Shown here in pieces: positions 1-9,192 of a stretch of 32,000 nucleotides of DNA; within the stretch, counting starts at the first letter, position 1, and every line of letters starts with the position of its first letter. The position numbers and the translations under genes are program-made. The stretch is from Acaryochloris thomasi RCC1774 (GTDB lineage: Bacteria > Cyanobacteriota > Cyanobacteriia > Thermosynechococcales > Thermosynechococcaceae). The stretch covers positions 60,001-92,000 of the forward strand of contig NZ_PQWO01000011.1 of NCBI RefSeq assembly GCF_003231495.1. The letters are read 5' to 3'. Below the pieces are notes generated by a model that saw only the letters and a program-made list of their open reading frames with translations, was not told the DNA's origin and ran no database searches.

Positions 1-230
1 CTCAGGATTCAGGAGACACCTCCCGTATCTCGTCATCCAGAATTTTGGCTAATATTCTCGCAGGTGCTAAACCAGGGGCGATTATCCTCATGCATGACGG
101 TGGTGGGGATCGTCTCAAAACAGCCTCTATGCTGCCTCAGGCGATCAAAGAGCTTAAGAAACGTGGCTATCAATTTGTGACGGTACCCGAGCTATTTGAG
201 CTTTCGGCGCAGAATAACGCTCCGAATTAG
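1..230 (+). CDS. polysaccharide deacetylase (NodB-type) family protein, C-terminal fragment; the 5' end lies outside the window
   Basis: The frame is open from the window edge (codons from nt 3). The tail ...PGAIILMHDGGGDR...LPQAIKELKKRGYQFVTVPEL is typical of NodB-type deacetylase C-termini. Stop TAG at 228-230. Confidence 0.55.
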   Translation, partial: QDSGDTSRISSSRILANILAGAKPGAIILMHDGGGDRLKTASMLPQAIKELKKRGYQFVTVPELFELSAQNNAPN

Positions 231-520
231 GAGCGATGTCTTCGAAATAAAGCTGTATTCCCATATAAAAGCGCTTAAAGTCCCGCGCTCAGAATTAGGA
301 GAGGGATTTAGGGAGAAGGCCGTGCAATACTTTAGCTAAAGTGAGATGCTACCGGGTTTATGTCTTCTGTCGTGTTCAGGCGAGAGTCGGTCCGCACCGA
401 TTAAAATCTCAAATTTAGTAACAAAATTCTAAATAATGGCCTAGTTCTGTCAGATTCATAGTGCAGCGGGGAAGCCTATGCAAATGGGCCAAAGAACATC
501 GACTCAGGTTTCATTCGGCT

Positions 521-3001
521 ATGTCATCCAATGATTCATCGTCTCAAGCTGCAGATCACCCAAAACCGTTGGCTTCAGACCCTCCACTTACCGAGATTTC
601 GGCTAACCGCGACGCCCTTTTAGCCGCTTTAACACTGCGAATGCGGCGGTCGCTTAGCTCTAGCGAAATTCTGCAGGCCACCGTTACTGACCTGCAGCAC
701 TTTTTCGCAGCGGAGCGGGTGATTCTCTGTCGGTTCGGTGCTGACTGGCGCGGCATGGTGGTTATGGAGTCGGCGGGGGCCGGAGTTCCTTCGCTTTTGG
801 GGACAGAAATTGACGCTCGCTCTTCAAGCTCTGACTGGATTGAATCCTACTTAAAAGGTGCAGGACAGGCGATTGCCGATCTGACCGTCACCTCTGCAGA
901 AAACGGTGACTTGTCAGAGGACCATCGTAATTTTTTGACGGCACTCCAGGCTCGCTCGCATCTGATCATGCCCGTTCTCCAGGACCATCAACAGGCCTCA
1001 ACGCTTGGTGGTTGGGCTGCTAGCGCTCTTCAGGGGCGTTCTCAGCAGGCTCAATTATGGGGGCTACTGGTGGTGCAGCACTGTTCGGCCCCTCGGCAGT
1101 GGCAGGCTGCTGAGATGGAGACACTAGAGCAGTTGAGTACATTGGTTGCGATCGCAATTCGTCAAGGCGATCTCTATAGCGTTGCCCAAGCCGAACTGAT
1201 CAAGCGACAGCGCGCCGACGCCGAAAAACGTCGTCTCAAGCAGGTGCTGCAGCAGCGACAGCAAAGTCAGCCCGCCCTCCATGACACCCTGCAGCAAGAA
1301 ATTGCTCAGCGTCATCATCTAGAAGCTGTGCTGGCTCATGAACAATCCCTCGCTCAAGTAACGCTGCAGGCTGTCAGAGATGCTGTGATTACCGTTGATC
1401 TAGAGGGCGAAATTCAGACCCTCAACCCCGCCGCCGAACGCCTAACCGGGTGGTCTACAGTAGAGGCCCAGTCCCATCCTTTAATGACGGTCTTTCGGGT
1501 CGTTGATGAGGTCAGTCGTCAACCCCTGATCAGCCCGCTAGAACGGCCAGATGCCCGTGAATACCAGTTGGGTCTGCTCCTCAATCAAGGCGGTAGTGAA
1601 CACCTCGTCGACATTGTTGTCATGCCCATTCACAACCAAGATGGGCAGCCCCTCGGCACTGTGGTTGTTTTCAACGATGTCACCCAGTCTCATCAGCTAG
1701 AACAGGATCTTTCTTGGCATGCAACCCATGACAGTCTGACCCAGTTAATGAATCGACGAACCTTTGAACAAAAGCTGATCGAGACGATTACTAGAGTCAA
1801 AGACACGGATCAACAAAGCGTTTTGTGCTGCATCGACCTTGATCAATTCAAAGTGATCAACGATACCTGTGGCCATGTTGCCGGCGATCAGTTACTCAAG
1901 CAGGTGACGAACCTATTGAAGCAATGGACGCGATCAACAGATACCTTAGCGCGCCTCAGCGGTGATGAATTTGGCCTCTTGCTCCATCAATGCTCCTTAG
2001 AGCAAGCCTCCCAAACGGCAGACGACCTACGAGAACGGCTACAAGAGACCCCCTTCAAATGGCAGGGCCAACGATTCAACGTCAGCGCTAGCATTGGTCT
2101 GGTCTGCATTGACGCCGATATCCACGATGCACCAATGGCTCTCAGTGCGGCAGATGCAGCCTGCTTTGCCGCCAAGCAAAAGGGGCGAAACAATCTTCAT
2201 ATCTACCGCAGTACCGATCAAGAACTCGCACAGCAGCGCAATGAGCGCCAGTGGGTTGCTCGCATTCATGAGGCTCTAGAGAAGGGTCGCTTTCGTCTCT
2301 ATAGTCAGCCCATCCGCCCTCTAATCGCTGCCCACCCTGATATCCATTGCGAGGTCTTGCTGCGGCTCGTTGAGAGCGACGGAACGCTCGTTCTGCCGAT
2401 GGACTTTATCCCTGCGGCTGAGCGCTATGATTTAATGCCCATGATCGATCGCTGGGTGGTTGAGACCTTTTGTCGTCACTATCAAACGCGTCAATCAAGG
2501 GCCAAGAATCTTCGCTGTCTCTACAACATCAACCTGTCGGGCACCAGCATCAACAGCCCTCAGTTTTTGACATTTTTGCAGGATCAATTGGCTCGCTACC
2601 AGATTCTGCCCGAGACGATTTGTTTTGAAATTACTGAGACCGCTGCTATTTCCGATCTCGATCAGGCCGCTCAGTTTATTCAATCCTTGAGGCAGCTGGG
2701 CTGCAGCTTCGCTCTCGATGATTTCGGACGCGGCATGAGTTCCCTCGCCTACTTGAAAAACTTACCGGTCGACTATCTCAAAATTGATGGTGGATTTATT
2801 AAGCAGCTTGTGAGCAGTCACACCGACGCCGCCATTGTGGACTGCTTTAATCACCTCAGTCATGAGCTGGGCATCTCGACTATTGCTGAATGCGTCGAGA
2901 ACGACATCACGCTGAAAAGGCTGAAAAGCATGGGAGTTGACTACGTACAAGGATTCGGGATTGCCAAGCCGCTTCCCCTCAAGTTCTCCTGTGCAGCCTA
3001 G
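521..3001 (+). CDS. c-di-GMP signalling protein, GAF-coiled coil-PAS-GGDEF-EAL
   Basis: The 846-aa ORF opens at GTG 461; the first in-frame ATG is 521. GGDEF-domain motifs: THDSLTQLMNRR, RSTD (an RxxD I-site five residues before the motif) and SGDEF. EAL-domain motifs: EVLLR, NINLS, EITE, DDFGRG, KIDGGFI, ECVE, QGFGIAKP. Confidence 0.9.
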   Translation: MSSNDSSSQAADHPKPLASDPPLTEISANRDALLAALTLRMRRSLSSSEILQATVTDLQHFFAAERVILCRFGADWRGMVVMESAGAGVPSLLGTEIDARSSSSDWIESYLKGAGQAIADLTVTSAENGDLSEDHRNFLTALQARSHLIMPVLQDHQQASTLGGWAASALQGRSQQAQLWGLLVVQHCSAPRQWQAAEMETLEQLSTLVAIAIRQGDLYSVAQAELIKRQRADAEKRRLKQVLQQRQQSQPALHDTLQQEIAQRHHLEAVLAHEQSLAQVTLQAVRDAVITVDLEGEIQTLNPAAERLTGWSTVEAQSHPLMTVFRVVDEVSRQPLISPLERPDAREYQLGLLLNQGGSEHLVDIVVMPIHNQDGQPLGTVVVFNDVTQSHQLEQDLSWHATHDSLTQLMNRRTFEQKLIETITRVKDTDQQSVLCCIDLDQFKVINDTCGHVAGDQLLKQVTNLLKQWTRSTDTLARLSGDEFGLLLHQCSLEQASQTADDLRERLQETPFKWQGQRFNVSASIGLVCIDADIHDAPMALSAADAACFAAKQKGRNNLHIYRSTDQELAQQRNERQWVARIHEALEKGRFRLYSQPIRPLIAAHPDIHCEVLLRLVESDGTLVLPMDFIPAAERYDLMPMIDRWVVETFCRHYQTRQSRAKNLRCLYNINLSGTSINSPQFLTFLQDQLARYQILPETICFEITETAAISDLDQAAQFIQSLRQLGCSFALDDFGRGMSSLAYLKNLPVDYLKIDGGFIKQLVSSHTDAAIVDCFNHLSHELGISTIAECVENDITLKRLKSMGVDYVQGFGIAKPLPLKFSCAA

Positions 3002-3111
3002 CGGTGGAGAGTAGAACCTCTTTTGTCCCTATCCAAGACCGCCCATAACTCAGCTTCCGAGCCGTAAGATAGGGGCAGACTTCCATCTCTTGCGGGTGCC
3101 GCAATCACGAT

Positions 3112-4314
3112 ATGACTTCCCTGCGCACGATTGCTGATATCAATCACAAAATTCGTCAGGGCTCGGTTAACGTGCTGACTGTCGAAGCTCTCAAGGCTCG
3201 GGTTGCAGAAGTCGGCGTTCCCCAAACGGCTCAAGAGGTTGATGTGGTGACCACTGGCACCTTTGAACCGATGGAATCCTCCGGCGCTATTCTCAATTTG
3301 GGACATACCGATCCGCCGATCAAAATTCGTCAGTGCTGGATTGATGGGGTGTTGGCTTACTCTGGCTTTGGTGCTGTCGATCTTTATTTGGGTGCCTCTC
3401 AGCCTGCTGAGACCGGTATTAGCGATAACGATGGAGAAGATGCTCGTGAGCGGGGTGGTGGGCATGTCATCGAAGACTTGATTGCCGGGAAAGCTCTGCC
3501 GCTGCGTGCGCTAGGCCAAAGCACAGACTGCTATCCACGCTCGGCCATGAACACGCTGATCACGCGCGAGAGCATCAATCAGTTTTACCTTTTTAATCCG
3601 CGTAACCTTTATCAAAACTTTCTAGTGGGCGTCAACGGAGGCGATCGGCTCCTCAATACCTATTTGGGACCGCTGCAGCCTCAGTTGGGCAATGCGGTTT
3701 ATTCAAATCCCGGTGCTCTTTCGCCTCTCCTCAACGACCCTAAGCTAAGACTCGTTGGAGTGGGTACAAAAATTTTTCTCGGGGGCGGAATTGGCTACGT
3801 TACCTGGGAAGGTACCCAGCATTTTCCGCTGCAGAAAAGGTTGGCCAACAATACTCCCATTGGCCCCGCCGCGACGCTAGCTTTGATTGGTGATGCCAAG
3901 CAGATGAACTCTGAGTGGGTTCGGGGCTGCCATTTCAAAAACTATGGCCCCTCGCTCATGCTAGGCGTGGGTGTTCCCCTACCCGTGCTGGATGAATCCG
4001 TGATTCAAGCCTGCGCCGTCAGCGACCAAGAGCTAGTTGCACCTGTGATCGATTTCTCAATTCCTCGACGGGTGAGACCGACCTTTGGACTCGTGAGCTA
4101 TGCGCAGCTAAAGTCAGGTTCACTAACGATTGAACGCAAGCGAGTTCGCACAGCTCCCCTTGCGAGTCTCCACTTATCGCGACAGGTGGCAATAGAGCTT
4201 AAACAGTGGATTGAGTCAGGCGAGTTTACGCTTACTGAACCCGTGGCAGAGATACCTTGCGATCGCACCTTCTTGCCGCAGGACAGCAGAGGGAGCCAGA
4301 TGAATCTGACTTGA
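3112..4314 (+). CDS. COG1900/DUF39 family protein (homocysteine biosynthesis, aspartate-semialdehyde sulfurtransferase-like)
   Basis: 400-aa ORF. EVDVVTTGTFEPMESSGAILNLGHTDPPIKI...AVDLYLGASQ matches my recollection of the conserved COG1900 core of the methanogen proteins (MA1821/MJ0100 type). No CBS or ferredoxin domain is present. Confidence 0.65.
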   Translation: MTSLRTIADINHKIRQGSVNVLTVEALKARVAEVGVPQTAQEVDVVTTGTFEPMESSGAILNLGHTDPPIKIRQCWIDGVLAYSGFGAVDLYLGASQPAETGISDNDGEDARERGGGHVIEDLIAGKALPLRALGQSTDCYPRSAMNTLITRESINQFYLFNPRNLYQNFLVGVNGGDRLLNTYLGPLQPQLGNAVYSNPGALSPLLNDPKLRLVGVGTKIFLGGGIGYVTWEGTQHFPLQKRLANNTPIGPAATLALIGDAKQMNSEWVRGCHFKNYGPSLMLGVGVPLPVLDESVIQACAVSDQELVAPVIDFSIPRRVRPTFGLVSYAQLKSGSLTIERKRVRTAPLASLHLSRQVAIELKQWIESGEFTLTEPVAEIPCDRTFLPQDSRGSQMNLT

Positions 4315-4324
4315 TCCCCTACAA

Positions 4325-4465
4325 TTAATCTTCGTGTTCTTCAAAGGGATCAGCGAGTGCCTGAGCTGGCGGACCGAAGGCTGTGTATACAGCGTAGACC
4401 GTGAATGCAATGACGGTTGCCGCCAAAGTAATGATAAGAACTGTTGCCGGGTCTGAGAGTTGCAT
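4325..4465 (-). CDS. psbN: photosystem II protein PsbN
   Basis: 46-codon ORF absent from the ORF track because it is under 60 aa. Hand translation: MQLSDPATVLIITLAATVIAFTVYAVYTAFGPPAQALADPFEEHED. It has one TM helix plus the PsbN signature YTAFGPP...DPFEEHED, and lies divergent to psbH as in other cyanobacteria and plastids. Confidence 0.85.
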   Translation of the reverse strand: MQLSDPATVLIITLAATVIAFTVYAVYTAFGPPAQALADPFEEHED

Positions 4466-4543
4466 AATTTTTTGAGTCAGGTTCCTTTATAATATTAACG
4501 AATGTTAAAAAACTTTGTTCATTATTATTGTTACAGGTGACCT
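4466..4543. promoter_or_regulatory. AT-rich divergent psbN/psbH promoter region
   Basis: 78-bp spacer between the divergent start codons. TATAAT at 4488-4493 lies 50 nt upstream of the psbH ATG. No transcription start data are available. Confidence 0.4.
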
Positions 4544-4747
4544 ATGGCAAGACAAACCTGGTTAGGCGACATCCTTAAGCCATTCAATTCCGAAGCAGGC
4601 AAGTTCGTTCCTGGCTGGGGAACAACTCCGGTCATGGTTGGATTTATGATTGCGATGGCGTTGCTATTGTTGATCCTGCTTGAGATCTACAATTCTTCAA
4701 TCATCTTGGACGGTGCAAGCGTTAGCTGGTCTAGCCTTGGCGGCTAG
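4544..4747 (+). CDS. psbH: photosystem II reaction centre protein H
   Basis: [57 protein letters not shown] is near-identical in pattern to cyanobacterial PsbH (LGDIL.PLNSE.GK..PGWGTTP...IYNSS). Confidence 0.95.
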   Translation: MARQTWLGDILKPFNSEAGKFVPGWGTTPVMVGFMIAMALLLLILLEIYNSSIILDGASVSWSSLGG

Positions 4748-4804
4748 GGCATCTGTCCTATTCCGCGATTGCTCCTAATGCCTTAGCGGAAAAATTGATA
4801 TCTT

Positions 4805-4829
4805 AGCCCCGGTTCTGCCGGGGCTTTTT
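4805..4829 (+). terminator. rho-independent terminator downstream of psbH
   Basis: Stem AGCCCCGG (4805-4812) pairs with CCGGGGCT (4818-4825), with a 5-nt loop, followed by TTTTT. Confidence 0.7.
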
Positions 4830-4898
4830 ATCGGCCCGCCTGCAGAGCGATGCTCTAGAATTCAAGGTAAGGCAATCATTTTTCCAGGAGGAGTCCCC

Positions 4899-5204
4899 AT
4901 GAACGTATTTGGCATTGGTCTACCAGAAATGGTGTTGATCCTTGTTGTGGCTCTCCTTATTTTTGGCCCCAAGAAGCTGCCTGAGATTGGCCGAAGTTTG
5001 GGTAAGGGCCTAAAAAGCTTCCAAGATGCCTCTAAAGAGTTTGAGACAGAGTTCAAGCGTGAGGCGGATCGCTTGAATGACACCCTCAGCGAACCCATGA
5101 AAGCAACGCTTGAGACACCGCCCCAGCTTGCTGAGTCACCCACAGACACCACAATGGATCCTCAGGAAACCACAGTAGAGGCCCCCACCCCCTCAGAAAC
5201 CTAA
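4899..5204 (+). CDS. tatA: twin-arginine translocase subunit TatA/E
   Basis: MNVFGIGLPEMVLILVVALLIFGPKKLPEIGRSLGKGLKSFQ is the canonical TatA TM helix plus amphipathic helix. A strong SD (AGGAGG) lies 6 nt upstream of the ATG. Confidence 0.9.
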   Translation: MNVFGIGLPEMVLILVVALLIFGPKKLPEIGRSLGKGLKSFQDASKEFETEFKREADRLNDTLSEPMKATLETPPQLAESPTDTTMDPQETTVEAPTPSET

Positions 5205-5827
5205 TGCCGACCCGTCCCCCCTCTTTAGTGATCCCTTCGCTGATTGTCGGTCTTGGTAATCCGGGCAGCAAGTATGACAGAACGCGTCATAATATTGGCT
5301 TCGATGCTATTGATCGACTGGCGAGTCGATGGCAGATCCCGCTGGCAGAACAGCGTCGATTTCAAGGGGCAGTGGGCGACGGCATGGCGATGCCAGGGCA
5401 CCGCATTCGGCTATTGAAGCCCCAAACCTACATGAATAGATCCGGGCAGTCTATCCGAGCTGTTCTGGATTGGTTTAAGCTGTCGCCGCAGTCTGTGTTG
5501 CTGGTCTATGACGACATGGATTTGCCGGTGGGTAAAATCCGGTTGCGACTGTCGGGTTCAGCCGGTGGTCATAATGGGATGAAATCAACCATCTCTCATC
5601 TGGGGACTCAAGATTTCCCGCGGCTGCGAATCGGCATCAGCAACCCGCAGGCGTCTGGACCGTCGAAAGATATGATCTCTCACGTATTGGGCCGCTTTGC
5701 GCCGCAGGAGCTGAAGGTGCTGCCTGCTGTTCTAGATGGCGTTGTCCAGGCCGTGGAAATGAGTCTTACGCAGGGTGTTGAGAAAACGATGAGTCTTTAT
5801 AACGGTCTTGATTTAGCGACATTTTGA
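5204..5827 (+). CDS. pth: peptidyl-tRNA hydrolase
   Basis: LIVGLGNPGSKYDRTRHNIGF, YMNRSGQS and GGHNGMKS are Pth motifs. The ATG overlaps the tatA stop (TAATG at 5202-5206). Confidence 0.95.
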   Translation: MPTRPPSLVIPSLIVGLGNPGSKYDRTRHNIGFDAIDRLASRWQIPLAEQRRFQGAVGDGMAMPGHRIRLLKPQTYMNRSGQSIRAVLDWFKLSPQSVLLVYDDMDLPVGKIRLRLSGSAGGHNGMKSTISHLGTQDFPRLRIGISNPQASGPSKDMISHVLGRFAPQELKVLPAVLDGVVQAVEMSLTQGVEKTMSLYNGLDLATF

Positions 5828-5903
5828 AACTGAGTAGCCTTGAACGCTGCCAAGTCGTGTTTTGATGATCTAGGATTATGCTTTGTCGCGCAATCACACT
5901 TCT

Positions 5904-6578
5904 ATGACAACTAGCACTCAATTTACGCCGACCCCTGCACAAGTGACGATTTGGTTGCGTGGGTTACTCACGGTGGCTTGGGCCGATGGGCAGTTCGATG
6001 CCGAAGAGCAAGCGCTGATTGAAGGACTTATCTCTCAAGATCCTGTGCCTGAGGTCAAGATAGAGACCTTTGAACCGATCTCTGCGGCTGACTTAGCGGC
6101 AGGGCTAGGCGATGATCCGCAAACGGCTGAGAACTTTTTACGAACGGCTGTGATGGTTGCTTTAGCCGACGGTCTTTACTCTAGCCAAGAAGATCAGTTA
6201 CTAACAGGGTTCGGCAAGGCCCTGAACCTCCAGGTCGATGCCCTCGATTCGCTCCGCCATACTCTAGATGGTGAACATTCTGATCTCCCAGCTGAGGCGC
6301 AGCCATCAGGACAACAGGCACCTGACGTCTTGAAACCTGTTCGACAATGGTTGGATGGCTTTGAAGTCCAAGATCCTAAAGTTGCCAAGTTTTTGTGCTC
6401 TATGATTCCGTCCCAGTGCCCCTTTGAGCGCACGGTGACTTTGTTTGGCAAGAAAGTGGTTCATATCCCGCCACTCTGCAAGCTCAATCCACTCTATGAG
6501 CAGTTGGTGGGTCTACGGTTTCGATCGCTATCTTACTTAGCTGACGATTGTAAAGAGGATGTTTCTGCTTACATATAG
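5904..6578 (+). CDS. TerB-like N-terminal domain fused to a Mo-dependent-nitrogenase C-terminal (Mo-nitro_C) domain
   Basis: The ORF opens at TTG 5883; the first ATG is 5904. The N-terminus has WADGQFDAEEQALIEGL (TerB-like). The C-terminus, PSQCPFERTVTLFGKKVVHIPPLCKLNPLYEQLVGLRFRSLSYLADDCKEDVSAYI, matches the cyanobacterial Mo-nitro_C pattern as I recall it. Confidence 0.7.
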   Translation: MTTSTQFTPTPAQVTIWLRGLLTVAWADGQFDAEEQALIEGLISQDPVPEVKIETFEPISAADLAAGLGDDPQTAENFLRTAVMVALADGLYSSQEDQLLTGFGKALNLQVDALDSLRHTLDGEHSDLPAEAQPSGQQAPDVLKPVRQWLDGFEVQDPKVAKFLCSMIPSQCPFERTVTLFGKKVVHIPPLCKLNPLYEQLVGLRFRSLSYLADDCKEDVSAYI

Positions 6579-6674
6579 CAGCGCAGACTCTAGAGCGCCA
6601 TTGATACTTGTATTTGTGTAGACCGTGGGTGAGTTCAAATGGCTCTGGCCTGGGGTAGGGCAATCTCAAAAGAG

Positions 6675-6691
6675 GTAAGGACCACCCTTAC
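6675..6691 (-). terminator. weak hairpin between convergent genes, a possible terminator of the PEP-CTERM gene
   Basis: GTAAGG (6675-6680) pairs with CCTTAC (6686-6691) around a 5-nt loop. On the minus strand it is followed by CTCTTTTG. The stem is only 6 bp. Confidence 0.3.
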
Positions 6692-6699
6692 ATTAAGCT

Positions 6700-7338
6700 C
6701 TACGACTGTTGGCGTTTTTTTCGTGCCGCTAGAGTCAGCCCCAAGAGGAGACCGGAAGCCATAATACTTGAGGGTTCAGGTACCTGCACTGTCGCTACCC
6801 ATTTATTGGTGCGAGAATCTGCATTTGTGTCACAAAACTGGCCTGCATCACAGCCGAAGATGCTAGTGAAGTTGGGCTGCCCCTGCTGCGAAAAGCCGTC
6901 TGACAGATTTCCAGTCAAGTCAGGGGAAAAGTTAAAAAAGTTTCTAAACTGAGTCACGGCAACGGTGTAGCTACCTGGATCAAGGATAGGACGTAACCCA
7001 GAATCTGAGGCAGATCCGGTCACGGGATCAGATTGGCCGAACCCACTGTCGTCGTTGAAATCAATGAAGCTGTCGCTACTGTCAAAGAGAGAGAGGATGG
7101 GGTCAAAGCCACCTGCTTCGGTGCCGTCGCTAAGTGTGCTGCCGCCATAGGAGAGCGTTTCGATTGTGACTTGACTTCGGTCACTAACCGTAAAGTTGAA
7201 TAGAGAGACGTCATCATCTGTTGCTAGGCTACCGGAGAAGCTTAGACTGACAGCCTGTGCTTGTTGTCCTATTGAAGCAAGAACAATTCCGCTAGACAAG
7301 GCAATGCTGGCTGTGAGTGTCGTGAATGAATTAATCAT
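6700..7338 (-). CDS. secreted PEP-CTERM sorting-domain protein
   Basis: N-terminal signal peptide (MINSFTTLTASIALSSGIVLASIGQQAQA). The C-terminus VPEPSSIMASGLLLGLTLAARKKRQQS has the PEP motif, a TM helix and a basic tail. Confidence 0.8.
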   Translation of the reverse strand: MINSFTTLTASIALSSGIVLASIGQQAQAVSLSFSGSLATDDDVSLFNFTVSDRSQVTIETLSYGGSTLSDGTEAGGFDPILSLFDSSDSFIDFNDDSGFGQSDPVTGSASDSGLRPILDPGSYTVAVTQFRNFFNFSPDLTGNLSDGFSQQGQPNFTSIFGCDAGQFCDTNADSRTNKWVATVQVPEPSSIMASGLLLGLTLAARKKRQQS

Positions 7339-7386
7339 GTATACGCAGGTGGGCTTGGAGTTTACGTTGATAAGTTAGTGATTGTC

Positions 7387-9192
7387 TCACTTAGTTGATT
7401 CATTGTCCGCTTCATAGGTGGAAGCAATGTAAAGCTCTTGCAACTGTTTGGAGTCTACAGTAGATGGAGCTTGAGTGAGGAGACAGCGGGCTTGCTGGGT
7501 TTTAGGAAATGCGATCGCATCTCGAATCGACTGTTCCCCAGCCAACAACATAACAAGGCGATCAATTCCGAAGGCAATCCCGCCGTGGGGCGGCGTTCCG
7601 TACTTAAACGCCTCTAGCAAAAAGCCAAATTTGTCTTGGGCTTCCTCATCAGAGAGACCAATCGCTTCAAACACTTTCTCTTGAAGATCGGCCTGATAGA
7701 TTCGCAAGCTACCGCCGCCCAGCTCTAAACCGTTGTAGACCAGATCGTAAGCCTGGGCGCGAGCCGTCTTCAGATCCTCTTGATCTTCAGGTAGCGGAGC
7801 CGTAAATGGATGGTGAATGGCTTCTAGGCGCTTTTCATCCGCGTTCCACTCAAACATCGGGAAGTCTGTGACCCAGAGCAAGTTGATCTGGTCTGGGTCA
7901 ATGAGGCCCATCTCCTGCCCAATGGCGAGTCGCAGTCGTGCGAGGGAGGCATTCACAATCTCTGTTGGACCCGCTCCGAATAAGAGCAGGTGCCCTGGCT
8001 TGGCTCCAGTGCGCTCAAGCAGTTCTGCTGTGCGTTTGGGGCTGAGGTTATCTTTAATGGCTCCAATGCTGTCGATGCCACCGTCTTCCCGGACTCGGAT
8101 GTAGGCCAGTCCCTTTGCCCCCCCTTCTGCGGCTTCCCGGAACAAATCGCCACTTTTACCGGGCTTAATACGAACGTTTGAGATGGCGTCATTGCCGTTG
8201 GGCACCGGCAGCACTTTGACCGTACCGCCCTGCTTAATGGCACCGGAGAAGACCTTAAAGCCCGAATCATGGAGCAGATCAGAAACGTCCACCAGCTCTA
8301 GCCCGAAGCGAGTATCGGGGCGGTCAGTGCCGTAGCGATCCATTGCGTTGGCATAGGTGATCTGCGGAAAGGTTTCGGGTAAATCAACGCCCTTCACGGT
8401 TTTGAATAGGTGCCGCATCATCTGCTCGTTGAGGGCGATGATTTCATCCTGAGACATGAAGCTCATTTCCATGTCGAGCTGGGTGAACTCGGGCTGACGA
8501 TCGGCCCGCAAATCTTCGTCCCGGAAGCAGCGAGCAATCTGGTAGTAGCGATCAAATCCAGACACCATCAGCATTTGTTTAAAGAGCTGAGGCGACTGGG
8601 GCAGGGCAAACCATTCCCCAGGGTTGGCGCGGCTGGGCACCAGATAGTCTCTGGCCCCTTCGGGGGTAGAGCGGGTGAGGATGGGCGTCTCGATTTCGAT
8701 AAACTGCTGCTGATCTTCAAGAAAGCGCCGCAGCGTTTTGATGATCTGATGCCGGAGCAGCATGTTCTTTTGCATGCGATCGCGTCTCAGATCCAGGTAA
8801 CGATACTTGAGCCGCAGTTCTTCTTTAACAGACTCAGTATCGGCCGCCGCAACCTGAAAGGGCATCTGCTTTTGAACAGAATTTAAAAGCTCAAGCTGAT
8901 CGGCATAGATTTCAACTTCGCCTGTGGGCAGATTGGGGTTGAGCGAATCCTCCGGGCGGGGAGAGACGCGTCCCTGCACTTTGATGACATATTCATTGCG
9001 TATATCCTCTGCGAGTGAGTAAGTCTCTGGCGTTCGTTCCGGGTCGCTAACGATCTGGACAATGCCGTTGCGATCTCGCAGATCGAGAAAAATAACGCCA
9101 CCGTGATCCCGTCTCCGATCAATCCAGCCGAAAAGCGTGACTGTTTGACCAGAGTGGTCCCCCCGAAGTTCACCGCAGTAATGGGTACGCAT
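7387..9192 (-). CDS. aspS: aspartate--tRNA ligase
   Basis: The ORF extends to 9258, but the conserved N-terminus [10 protein letters not shown]...[22 protein letters not shown] starts at ATG 9192. Class II motifs [18 protein letters not shown] and GGGSLRI..., plus [13 protein letters not shown]. Confidence 0.97.
   Translation of the reverse strand: MRTHYCGELRGDHSGQTVTLFGWIDRRRDHGGVIFLDLRDRNGIVQIVSDPERTPETYSLAEDIRNEYVIKVQGRVSPRPEDSLNPNLPTGEVEIYADQLELLNSVQKQMPFQVAAADTESVKEELRLKYRYLDLRRDRMQKNMLLRHQIIKTLRRFLEDQQQFIEIETPILTRSTPEGARDYLVPSRANPGEWFALPQSPQLFKQMLMVSGFDRYYQIARCFRDEDLRADRQPEFTQLDMEMSFMSQDEIIALNEQMMRHLFKTVKGVDLPETFPQITYANAMDRYGTDRPDTRFGLELVDVSDLLHDSGFKVFSGAIKQGGTVKVLPVPNGNDAISNVRIKPGKSGDLFREAAEGGAKGLAYIRVREDGGIDSIGAIKDNLSPKRTAELLERTGAKPGHLLLFGAGPTEIVNASLARLRLAIGQEMGLIDPDQINLLWVTDFPMFEWNADEKRLEAIHHPFTAPLPEDQEDLKTARAQAYDLVYNGLELGGGSLRIYQADLQEKVFEAIGLSDEEAQDKFGFLLEAFKYGTPPHGGIAFGIDRLVMLLAGEQSIRDAIAFPKTQQARCLLTQAPSTVDSKQLQELYIASTYEADNESTK

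Noticed and set aside
461-520. GTG 461 as the start of the GGDEF-EAL gene
   Set aside because: The first 20 codons (MQRGSLCKWAKEHRLRFHSA) look non-native. ATG 521 gives a typical Ser-rich leader before the GAF domain. The true start remains uncertain.
2998-3465. 155-aa minus-strand ORF overlapping the end of the GGDEF-EAL gene and the start of the COG1900 gene
   Set aside because: It is antisense shadow of well-supported genes, has no recognisable motifs, and spans an intergenic region.
4216-4410. 64-aa minus-strand track ORF near psbN
   Set aside because: It is the wrong frame. The adjacent frame (4325-4465) encodes a clear PsbN, and this ORF also overlaps the 3' end of the COG1900 gene.
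8410-8886. 158-aa plus-strand ORF inside aspS, with similar internal ORFs at 7817..8104, 7953..8270 and 8883..9305
   Set aside because: These are antisense or alternative frames of a highly conserved aspS coding region. Their low-complexity Arg/Leu-rich composition is typical of shadow ORFs.
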